DNA from: Iphione sp. A-MEVVRFRX5
Lineage: Eukaryota
DNA: 64,000 nt
NCBI GenBank assembly: GCA_976226885.1
Contig: OZ320320.1
Location: 29,264,001-29,328,000 of the forward strand
Direction of reading: 5' to 3'
The position numbers and the translations under genes are program-made. Under the pieces are notes generated by a model. It ran no database searches. It was not told where the DNA came from and worked only from the letters and a program-made list of their open reading frames with translations. Numbering within the stretch: position 1 is the first letter of the stretch; every line of letters begins with the position of its first letter. Positions 42,301-54,300 of this stretch are shown here, piece by piece.

Positions 42301-45300
42301 CTGGGAACCAGCACGTATGCGAGTGGGCGTTTTTATCCCCAGATTCACCCGGGGTGAGTGTGCGTTCTTGAGTGGGCGATGCCCGGAGCAACGGTACGCG
42401 CTGGTTGTCTAGCTTACAGTGCTGACAAGGCAGAATAAGGCATGTTCCAGAAGTAAGTAAAAACCAGAGGCACAGAACCTATAAGAGTTATGTTAGTTTT
42501 CCGTACTCTGCAAGCCTGGAGATTGCAGTGTGGAAAAGACATGGAAGACACTGAGGGCGCAAACACTTATAAAACTAACATTACTTATTACCTAATTCTG
42601 TTCCCCAAGAGATTTCCAAGTTCTCTATTTCGTAACAGGGTGTACGAGGACATGGATGTCGTGACCTTAATGGTTGCCATTCATATAAACTCCATAGTAT
42701 CTACATGTAGCACATGTAATATGTATCATCGTATACATCATTCTATCCGCCGGATTTCATTATAGAACTATCATATAAACAGTTTTTTTCCTTTTTCCCA
42801 AGTTATTTTTTAAGGGACGACCCAACCAGTGCTTTTTAACACCAAATCGCGAAAGGTGAAACCGTTATGCGCACATTATACCCGGAACCACCTCGACCCT
42901 CCTGTAGTCGTTACAGAAGGTGCCCCCTACCAGGAACTTAGATTACCAGCTACCTTGCAATAACTGAGCATTCTTGACTGGCAGATCATCGATAAAATGT
43001 TTGGATGTACAGGTGGCGTGTCTAAGAAGGGACTAAAACGCATACTGGACCATTCATAATTTCTATTCCTTTTTGTTTACCTGCACATGTTTATATGTCA
43101 ATAATCCCGATAAACCTGTTGAAGGCGGCTTCGGCTGGTGACTGAAAAAACAGTACACGTGTTTCCTTCAGCAGACCTTTCCTTCCTGTTATAATCAACG
43201 TTGGGTAATAAGCGTTAAATCACTCGGACAAACCAACTCCTTCAATACCGCCACCATGAAGCAGTCCTTACATTAGAGTACCGTGAGCCCGTACCTGGGT
43301 CGCCATGGTAACCTGTCGTGCTATAACGCCTGCTATTCCTAGAAGCCAAGAAGGCAGGGCCAGTAGGGCGGCCCCGAACTAGGCCACGGGATTGACGGCT
43401 GCAATAGTAAAGAACGTGTTAAGACGACCAGATTAAACACAGGGCTAGTTATGAAATAGTCAGGGACCATTTACAGTGGTGACTTCATAATTAGATTTGT
43501 GTGAATCTGATCGTCAAATTGAGAGAGAAAGATAGGAACACCGTTCAAAACGAGACTCTTCATAGACTGATCTTATGACTTTAATTTATGATTGGAACCA
43601 GGCGTGGTAGTTTGTGGTATGGTATGAGGTATGTGAATTATTCCAAAGACATTCATCTTAAACAGTATAGTTGGCAATAAACATTAGGCTCCGGAAGAAG
43701 TGCAAGCATTAATGTGCACTTTGGTGGGTTTTCCACGCACAGTTGCATATTATAGATCTGTCTATGCAACCCTTTGTGTGCCCATCGGTCTGTAACCTTT
43801 TGAGGCATTCATTAAAGCATTTCCATGTCATTATTTATAACACGTTCGGAATGCATAGATTTAAACAATGGTTGTACAAGTGCCTTTTCTTCTGTGTATC
43901 TCTCAGTCACCTGGAATGCAAGCGTCCACAGAAAACGCCCTATTCCAATCTGTACCAAAATCTTTGGTTCCCATACAACGTGTGTGGTTCTGGCGGATTT
44001 AGAAGACAACCATAGATCGCAAACTTGTCTCTAAAGGGCGAGGAGCTTATCATAGAAAATCGTCATCAAAGGTGTCCTAATTGACGAGCTGTGGATTGAC
44101 ATATTACGAATAAATACATGTATGTGGACGTGCTCTGAATCTGGAAGTCTCTCAGCAAAATGACGCTCAGAGACGGTTATAAGTCTATGGGATGTCGACT
44201 CTCAATGGTTTTGGCATCGTAAGAAAGGTTGTGGCCACCCAGCCTTGACAAATTGTCTCAGGACTGACAACTGCACAAGGTGAGACACCAGGTACACGTT
44301 ATTATGAACCAGTTTGAGCCCCTGCCTTCATCCTACCTCCAATAGCAACAAGTTAGCGAAAGGGCTAAAGAGACCTTCGGTTTGTTTACAGGTTGTGTCA
44401 CTGGTGCCGACCTATCCTTGGGCACCGTGCCACGAATCCTGGAGGTATATATGCCAGTGTTTGAGGAAGGTGGAAGGGGTCGGTGTATTAAAAGAGCGCA
44501 TGGTGTTTCTGAGTGAACAAATATTGTGCATGTCTACCCAGACGCAAAGAGAAAACGTTTACCAGCATGAAGTGGAGTTTACTACAGTGCCCAAGCTGAT
44601 CGAGTAGACGATAAAGGGAGCTCTGGCTGGCTTTGTAAGACTTTTCATGCAGTGTGCATTGGCAAAGCCAGGTCACCAATTCAAACCTTTCTTAACATTT
44701 CCACAGCTCATTATTACTCAACGTGTGTTGATGTACGTCGCAGACGTAGAAAGGCGCAGAGTGAGGATGTTTATGCCAGTGGGCGGAAAGTTGGACCACT
44801 ATCGCTGGGCGTATGGGAGAGTCGACCCGGGTGGGAGGAAGGCGCTGATATAGAGGAGTGGACTATTTCTGTCTCACCCAGGGATGATTCCCGTGACGTA
44901 GTTCAGCCGGCTGCTGCTTGCGCCTGCGCCGTGGATGCCTCCGCGGGGAAGGGCGGAGAGGTGGGGGGAAAGGAAGGTCAGAGCGGTCCTTCTGCTGGGA
45001 GGCAGGCTCATGTGAGAAAATACGGACGTGTAGGGGAGGCAGTACCAGCAAGGAAGGGGTCTTACCAGTCCTCCACCACCCCTGCCCGTCTCACTGCAGT
45101 ACAGGGGCAGGGGAGTACCTCAGCCAGCCTACATTGACTCGAGCAGCTCCAGCTGCGGCTGTTGGCGCTGCTGCTGTAGCGGTATACATTGCTGCTGCTG
45201 CCGCTGCTTCTACTTTCGTCCTGCAACTCAGAAACACCAAGCCGACCGGGGAACTACACCTAAACACTTGTATCCTTCTCCCTGAGACAATCCCAGAGCG

Positions 45301-48300
45301 GTGACGACGATCTGGGTACAGTGGGGCAGCGGGGAACAGAAGGAGTACAAATTACAAGTGTTACAGAGCTGCCGAAGAACCGGCTTGGTTGATTCTGTGT
45401 TTTTCGTCCCGCAGAGGCAGCTCAACAGCTGAATCAGACGGCGAGATGGTGTTCGTGGTGGCTACCCACACCATGGTGGTGGAGGCGGATGCCAACCCTG
45501 ATGGCACGCTGAAGCGCAGGCCGCCGGCCAACTTACCTAAGAGCGATCTACGCGGAAAATGGCAGAAGGAGGATCCCCGTCTGGCTGTTGTACCCAGCCA
45601 GCAAGCTAGCAGTCGGCAAGAAGGTGGTTATACCATCACCACTAAGTCTACCTCGCTCAGGACGAGGGAGGACTACCCGACATCCAGCCCTGGGGTCCGC
45701 TTGGGAGTAGTGGACACCTCCCCGGGCCTTGGGAGTGGCCTAGGGCGCGGCCGCTCCCTCGGTAGACGCGGAGTAGAGGGGGTGCCTACTCGGCCCCGCT
45801 CCTGGTCGGCCGGTCGCAGAGCATCCCTGGCCACCACGGGTGAACTGCTCGCTCATCGGGCCGGCTACACTACGGACTACATGGAGCCTATAAGTACGGT
45901 GACAGAGAAGTTCAAGAGTGTCACCACACGCACGCCCATCCGCACCGGATCGCATATCGCGCCCCGCGAAAGCCCGCCGCGTGAAATGCTGTCCCGTTCG
46001 TACTCCTTGCCAGCATCTGCCATCGAGACAGACCGCGTGCTGCCCAGCGCGGCTGACCTGTATTCGGGAGTGACAGTAACCCGCCGACCACCCGTCTATT
46101 CCTCTGTGTATAGACCGCACCGCCTTCCGCCTGAAACCGAAAGGACCATCGCCATCGCCAAACAGGCGACTGCGGAGGCCCAGGTCTATGGATCCCTGGT
46201 GCCGTACCGGAAGGGCGCGGCCGCGGCTGCCGCCGGCTATCCGGAATATACAGCGATGAGCGCGGCGCCTCGCTCCCCGCGTTCGGTGTCAGCCTACCCG
46301 ACGCTGCATGCGATGGGTGTTCCCACCACCTTCCGCGGTTTGCGGCTCATGGAAGCCAAGCACGAAATGGCTTCGCGCGACTATGACATTCCGATCCGGC
46401 CCTACGAGCCGTACCGGCCTCCGGAGGTCCGCATTAGACCGGCCGACATACCCATAGCTAGGCCCGCGCCGACCCCGCGGAGGATCACACCTCTGGAGCC
46501 CTTTAAGTTGCCCAAGGGCTTCTTCCGGCGTCGCCGACATTCACTTCCGGCCCGTCCTGTCGAGCTGTACACCGACGATGAAGGCTACGACATGTACACA
46601 GCAACACGAGCCAAATTCCTTACTTCCTCACCTAGGCGGACTCATGTACCTTCTGTTCAGGTAAATTTGGATTTTCCCTCGTGTGCCGTGCCTCTCCATT
46701 CTGCCGGAAGTCATAATCCCGTGCGCGCGCAGCCACCAGCCCAAGAGCGAGGCCGTCGCCGGGTATCCGTCTGTTAAGATCTCCATCCGGTTCTTGATGT
46801 TCCTCGCTGTGTGCTCTGCTGTGTAGTTTCGGGTTGTTACAACGTCAGAACAAGTATACATCCAAGGTAGGCTCCAAGCAGCCTTGGTGTCTTCCAAGAG
46901 TGGTTGCATGCCCCATCCTACTACTGTCCAAAAGGCATCTTAACAGGACGGTGATGAGCCTAACCGTCGGCACAATCCTGTTCAAGTGATTACTTCAACC
47001 CATGCAATAACTGCTTGGTGTGTTTATTGTCCCAGAAAAAAACAAAGAAAACCTTCGATTTTTTTGGTGAATAAATAAAATTAGCGATAACATTGACCGC
47101 CTCTCAAAATGCAGACTGTGTAGAACTACTCGTCCATGTATACATGTCCGCATATATGGTGTATATGTGTCTCTCTGTTCGTCTAGATCGTCCAAAACTC
47201 CACTACTTCTTTTCCTTCTCTACACTTTCTACGTACATCCTTAGAATGTCTCCTATCATAAACTTACTTCCAACAAGACCAAGACAAGCATCTTAGACTC
47301 CTTTCTACCCAGGTTACACGGAGTATAGCCTTCTGCAAATAGCATCAAAATATCATCTATCAATAGAAACTGGCACATGACTACTGTCAGAGACCCCACT
47401 GACACTGTCAATAAAGATGACCTTGTACCACGCCTACATGCATTAGTCCAGACCGGTGAGGCAAAAATATCTGGCCTCCAGAAACAACTCCTCTCCATGT
47501 GGCGACACGTCAAAGTTGAAGATAATGGTATGAAGAGCATATTTCGAAAGGTCTGTTCTGTGATCCCTTTGCAATATACAAAGCAGAAATGTCTGTTGTA
47601 TGTATTTTGTCTGATATTCAAGAACATTTTGAACACGAATCCCAACTCTAACAGAGCATAATATTTTGTTGAGCATCTTCTGAAGGTTGGATTCTGAACA
47701 TAATGGGTAGGCGCATTATACTATATTTTTTCGGGGACCTATCTTTCTGTAAGATAAGACACTGCGCGGTTGCCTTCTCTGGCTTGATTAAATCTTCCTG
47801 TTGGTGAATACTGGCCTACATGCCTAACAGGTTTCATCAATAACAGGAGCGACTGCTTACACGGTAAACAGTTCTTTCGTCGACTCCAGTCTACCCTCGA
47901 GCAAAAGGTGTATGCCTGAGCATATTATCTGTTTGTGTTGATTGGTTTTTTCTCTGTACGGGCAATGCGGAGGCAAACAGATGCAAAAATGAGCTCGTCT
48001 AGTCCACCAGGTTTGTTTTTGTATGTATGAGCTTCTTTTGAAACGAACGGGTAATTCCCTTCTGGAATTATTCTTTGTGTCTTCTATCTTTTCAACAAAA
48101 ATTGATTAAGGGAAATGAATGACCGAAAATTAGTGGAAAAGGCAAGGCAGTGTTTCAAAAGCAGCTTTATGGTGTCGAGCTTAAGAATGCGGGTAAAGAC
48201 AGAAAAAGGTAAATTGATAAAAACAGAGCAACAGAACCAAAGGCAAAATGGGAGACAGAAGGGAAAGGGAAAGGGTAGAAAGGTATGAAGGAAGAAAGAC

Positions 48301-51300
48301 AGTGGGGCGACAGAGAAGAAAGGAAAGACAGAGAAGGTGGAAGACAGAGAGAACGAGGAGTAGAGCTACTCCTCGCGGGTGGTAGATTAGCTCAGCCAAG
48401 GGTAGTCAAGGGTTCCTATAAATACTGACAAGCTCAGGTTTCCCCGCATATCTTAGCTATGTACCTCCTCTATAGTCCATGCAGTTCCCTCTATGTTCTA
48501 GAGACTGCATTAGTGTCCGTACGTAGGCAGTAATACACAGAATAGGTTAGGTACAAGTTTCAATGTCGGGAGCGGTAGTCTATGACACTGAATCGAAGGA
48601 AAAGCAGCCTGGGTTAACCAATATGGTATTTGTAGGGGTTTTTACGAGACATAATTTTGCGTCCGTAATGGGGAGAGAATACCTCCTGATTATTGAACTG
48701 AGATGATCTCTTAAGTTTTCTGCGGAATTGCACATCCATTGTTTTTTTTGGTATGGAGGCCTTAGGTCGTAAATCCAAACAGCGGAAGTGTTTAAAGACC
48801 AAGCTGCACAAACCCTTTTTCTTTTTCAAAAGTATACACAATATGTATCAGGGGAGTAACGTATGGTTGAATCTAAAGGAGAGTAAAGTAGAAAAGGCAG
48901 TTATAGGCAACGCTTGAACATTATATCATCTGTAATTACTTCAGTGTATGAAAGAGGATAGGCTTTCAACTAATTTTCCTTTTTAATCGCACTTCTCTGC
49001 TGCTATGAAAACATTATAGACACATGATAATTCTTCCTCATGGGCTGACCCGTACTGTTCCATTGGGATATCATCATAACAATAGACACTGATTTCAGGA
49101 TAAATCAAAGCCACAAAACTGATTAACGTTATAAGAACTTAACGGTATGTAAGTCTTCGTGCACAAAAGGAACCATATTTCATTTTGTTTTGTTAATTTT
49201 GGTTCACTGCCTCCTTGCTGACGTTCCCTGAATGCCCCTACTCTGTGTATTATGAATTTTATACTCAAAGTCGAATAATGCATTCAGTCACCGTGGAGAC
49301 ACGATTCGAAGGGCGACGCGCCGCCTGGAGGTCTTCTATAGGTGTTAACCAATCATGTGACCGTCTGCTTCCATTTTTCTCCACCAGGCGTACGAGCACA
49401 GCGTGCCCACGTACTCGGTGACCCACGTGCCGCGTTCGCCCACCGTGCCGCGCCGCTCTCGCGCTGCTGCGATCGAGGTGAGTGTCCATCTTTATCAATC
49501 CGCGGCTGCTGAACTGTCTCTGCACCTCTTCTTCACCCATACCCACTCAGAGATCTTCAGTTTGCTCATCTCTCATCTACCTGTAACGTCATTCGTCATC
49601 AACCGTCACCAAAAAGACTGATTTCAAAATATGCTAGTAAAACATGAAGTCACAGTAGAAATGCCCCAAGAGACTTCACTTTTGACCAGCCTGTTTTCTT
49701 GTCCTCCTGAAGTTTATTTCCTTAATTTTTAAGATATGATGGATTGTCATCTTTGGTTCTGAAAGTCTCGGTCTTTATCAAGCTGTGGTTTCCTATAGGA
49801 GTTTTTCATTCAGTAGGTTTCTGCTGTAATTGTAAATGCCTAAGCCTATTTCACTGATTTTTGAATTTTCCCGCTTGTTCATGCAATGCCAATATCGTTA
49901 TCTATAGGCAAAAACCATACGACTTCTTCACTCTTTGTATTATGATTTTTTCCTTTTACATTTGCTGATCGATTCTTAAGAATAGTGAACACATTCTGAT
50001 ATTTCAGACCAAACGGAGTTCTAAGGTGGGTTATACTAGTGAGAAAATTAATGGAGTTTTTGAATTTTTATTCAATTGTTTTTCACGAAATTTCGCCAAT
50101 GAAATGTAGGAAATCTGCTTAATTTTTCATACTGTCGCTACATTGTTTTTCACGGAGCTGTGAACCAGCCAACCTAGATGAATTTAAGAGAAATAGTCCT
50201 TTTACATGCCCCCCTTTTAATGCTTAAACTAGTCCCTAATTGTGGGCCTCCTGTGTGACCATCTTGCTATAAATACATGCTCGCATCACGCACGTATTAT
50301 GCACTTATACACACATGGATACAAGACCTTACTATCCATGTGAATGTATTTCTCGTCCATGCTCATGCCTCTCTATATACGAATACGCAAACGTGAATAT
50401 CGATGCTGTGCCTGCTTTTTCACGCATACGGATAGGTCGCCGAATGACGCACATGTGGAGGTTAGGGCTATAGTCCAGATGGTATGTACACTAAGGTGAT
50501 AACTATTTTTTTTCGGGTTTTCGCTGAAGGCACGGCTGGAGGCGATGACCATACCGGACGTCCCCGTAACATCCTATGCCGGACTCCGCTCCCGCGCTGC
50601 CGAGGCCCGCAGTAAGATTGACCATCACAAGGTGCTGCTCGACCGCTACATGCCCGTTCGCCTGGGGCCGGAGCCCGAAGTCGGGTATGAAGTGGAAAAA
50701 AAATATGACGAGCTGGCCGCCAGGTACACTCGGTAAATGGCAGGATGTTGGTGTGCCAAGCTGAGCGGTCGCAGTCGCCAGCCCTTTAAACAAAAAAACA
50801 TTGTCCCGAAAATCCTTTTGGTAAACAACGAACTTGTTCGTAAACCCACTGGATAAGTGGTATTCTTGACCATGCTTGAAATAACGCCGAAAATTCGAGC
50901 CCCAAGTCAGCTGCTTTTAAAATGACGCGATGTGACAATGGAAGAAAAAAAGACCAGTGTGTTTTTTTTCAAAATACACGTTTCATAAAATTTTGTTCTA
51001 AATTCTATTGATCTTTCATTGATCACATGCCTAAGCTGGACCGGCTTTAGTTGTTCTAACCATTTGACAAAGTGTGATGTAATTCATCAGGTACTCTTGA
51101 GTTGATAGGCTCAGATTGACCTGCCGTCTGTATATTTCTAGCTTCTTCGGGAGGATAATATGGCCAACACCACTCCGTTAAACATTTACCGTATGGCTTG
51201 GTAAAGTGTTCCCACCCATTTTCACCCTCCACATTTACCGATAGTAACAGTTAACATGGCCTGGCTTTTCATGACGCCCGCACTCTCCCGCCAATATACC

Positions 51301-54300
51301 GATATAGAGCGCACCAACATCCTACACCATTGGTTTTTCTTAACTACATGTAGATAGTAAAGATTAGTCATAGAGAAGGTAAAGCCAACCCCAGCCGTTG
51401 TTGGGCTGAGGTGCTTTGATAACGAAGTATCAGTGGTTGATATTGATATCTAACGCTGCTTCAAGTTGATACATCTTAGGTGAGACATGTCATTTGAGAA
51501 CATGTTTTAACATTAATGTGTACGATTCATGATGTTTTCAAATCATGGTGGTTTCTGATAGACCGACTAGAATGCACGTCACCTTGAAATATACTCTTTA
51601 GAAGAGATGAAAACACAACATGAAATCTCAAAGTTTTGACTGATAACCACTTTTTGAAAAAATTGTCCCATTTTATCGTAACACTTACAATTCACCAAGA
51701 TGAGATGTACGTTAATGAAATCCGCGACAAATAATTCAGAATAGCTAGAGTAATTTTGAATTATGGTCGTACCAACAATTACCAAAGCATGCCGTATAGA
51801 ACTTGGTATATTGCTGCTACAGCTTGCTTCCCGCCCCTGGCAAGGGAAGCCAACCCAGCTTCTTTATCCTAGGTTAGTTCTTTATCGCTTGTATCGCAGC
51901 AAACCACTGGACGTTGGCCTTCAACTCAAGGTACACGTATCTATTCACAATTGACCACCCAGCTACAGAGGATTCTACTCTAAATTTTCTTGCAATGTCC
52001 TCTGATGATGTGTGTCTCGTTTCTTTCCCATATTTTCCAAATTTTTCGCAACTATCATTTTTCCTATAAAAATAATCTTATTTTCATTTTGCCTCGTGTA
52101 AGTTGGCTTTCTCCATTACCATAAGTGGTCTTTGGTTTCTGTTAAAGTCTGCGTCCAAGTCATCTATATTGGTCCTCTCTGCACGCAAACTTTTTCTTAT
52201 CTATACTGTCTACATGTTAACCACACTATCACTGCCCTGTAGCTGGGTTGCGTCGCTCTGTCGCCACGAGCAGAGCTTTCTCTTGTCACTAATGACAGCT
52301 GCTCGGCCGGCACATCTCTTGTACCGTCTAGAATGCCGGAGCTGCAGCGCTACAAGGGTCGGCCCTCGCCCGCCCCGGCTCCTAAGGTGACTCCCTACCG
52401 GCCGGCGCCCGCCTCGACGCGCAGGAGCAGTCTGCCCCCCTCCGAGCCCAGCAGGGTAAGCCACCGAGTGCCACCTTCTCCAGTATGATGGCGCCAATAT
52501 GAACTTGTGACATCCATGGCGCCAGGCGCTGCGAATATGTACTTGCGTCAAGACTAGAGAGACCATCCCGCACCTTTCATAGTCTGCACATACGGACGCT
52601 AGGCGGTGCCGTAGGTCTCGAATAAACTTAAAACGCCATGTACTTCTGTACATAATGCACCCAGTGCGTATCGAAGTGATGAGGCTGAAGCTGCAAGTAA
52701 ATCTCTAGCATTAAATATACATGTTACTACATAATCGTCTGCGTGAAGATAATTGTATCAGAAAAATTTCAAGATATTGTTGTCAATGTTGTTGATGTTT
52801 CGTTTGTTAATGTGACAGTCCGGCCACCTGTACGCTACTCGAGACAGAAGGGTAACTAACCCCTTTATCTCCAGCGCTGCTCGGTGATATAGATGTTTAA
52901 CAGTAGCAATATTTATCACATTTCAGCACCAGGAACATTGATCAAAATGTGGTACCAGTAATGTTCGCTTGACCTTGTGGTGAGCAGTGCTTGCCATTCC
53001 TTGGCACCAACATTGGGTACCACCCCGTTCATACCGGACACAGAAATGAGACTTGAATAGCACCAGTACATATCTCTATCCTAGGTACAAGTTCAGTGGA
53101 TTTATTGTCATAAAGGCAATTTAGAGACCTCTGCTATTTCATTCGGAGGCTATTTAGGATAATTGAGCTTGTGCCAAAGCAGCCCACAAGCCACATCGTT
53201 TCACCTGGATGTAGGCAAAGACAATGCAGACGCCTCGGTTGGTCGCTGATGTCCAAACGGGTAGGCAAATGTGTGGCCCACAAAATTAAAGACAGCCCCC
53301 CCCAGAGGGTTCATGCGATACACAGCAGCATGGCTCTGTTGTTGATAGTATTTTCTTACTAAAGTCATTCTTGATTCGGTTCGGTTCTTAGTTATTACAT
53401 TTATTATTCTCTGTTTTGGTCATTTGCGTCTGTACTCACAGTGCACGTTCGGACATCAACGCTGAGGCTAATGCTTTGGAAATGGTTCGGCGCATGTCAT
53501 AGTTTCCTCCATCCTGTCATGTCCATCAAAAAATACACACGGTTTATACTTCTTTATGGAAGGGCCGCATGGAAAAGGTTCCCGAGCGCATGAACCGTTA
53601 CAAAAGAATAGCCTATTCATCCACTGTTGCCAATTGGTGTTTGTCGTTCCCATATATTTAAGCCAAAAAAAGCACCACCTAGCGCCATTACTTTGGGACG
53701 GTTGTGAAATAGTCTTACTAAACAACAAGCGCGTTCATTAAAATCTTATGCGTAGCTCATGCTTTCCCATTAGTCAGTGTGTGACCTTCTTAACTGGCTG
53801 ACAGACCATTATAGTGTCCCGGTACTAGTGTTTAACCGAAAGACCCGAATTAACATGACCTTACCTTTTTGGCAGGCGGCGCCGCAGCGGCCTCAGAGAC
53901 CTCCTATGTCTGATGCTCGCAAGAGAGCCCGTGAGGTTCTATGTAAGACACGGAAGGACCCCGAGTACTTCACTTATTAAACACGTCTACTCGTATCCCA
54001 CCCACGGTGAGTGCCTCTCGTTATCTCGCTCTATTGTCCTTCGATCGGGTCTTCTTGAAATTCTCCATTTCAGCCTTCTCCCTCTCGATTTTACAGACAA
54101 CAGATGTGCAATATCAGTGAAGGATAGGTACGCATTGTCATCTTATCTTCCCTGTCTCTTTTATTTTGTCTTTCAGAAGCCTGGTGGTCACCAGCTGGCT
54201 TCATCACGTCCTCGTTGAGATCCAGGATCCCCTCTTACATGATTCGCGATGACATGGTTCCGATTCGTCGTTACTGGAAGAGATACACGGGCGCCCCCAC

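Noticed and set aside
45302-45304. Selenocysteine interpretation of the lone in-frame TGA
   Set aside because: No redox-type motif around it and no SECIS identified by eye. A strong acceptor at 45414 explains the downstream ORF without recoding, so it is kept only as one option in the finding.
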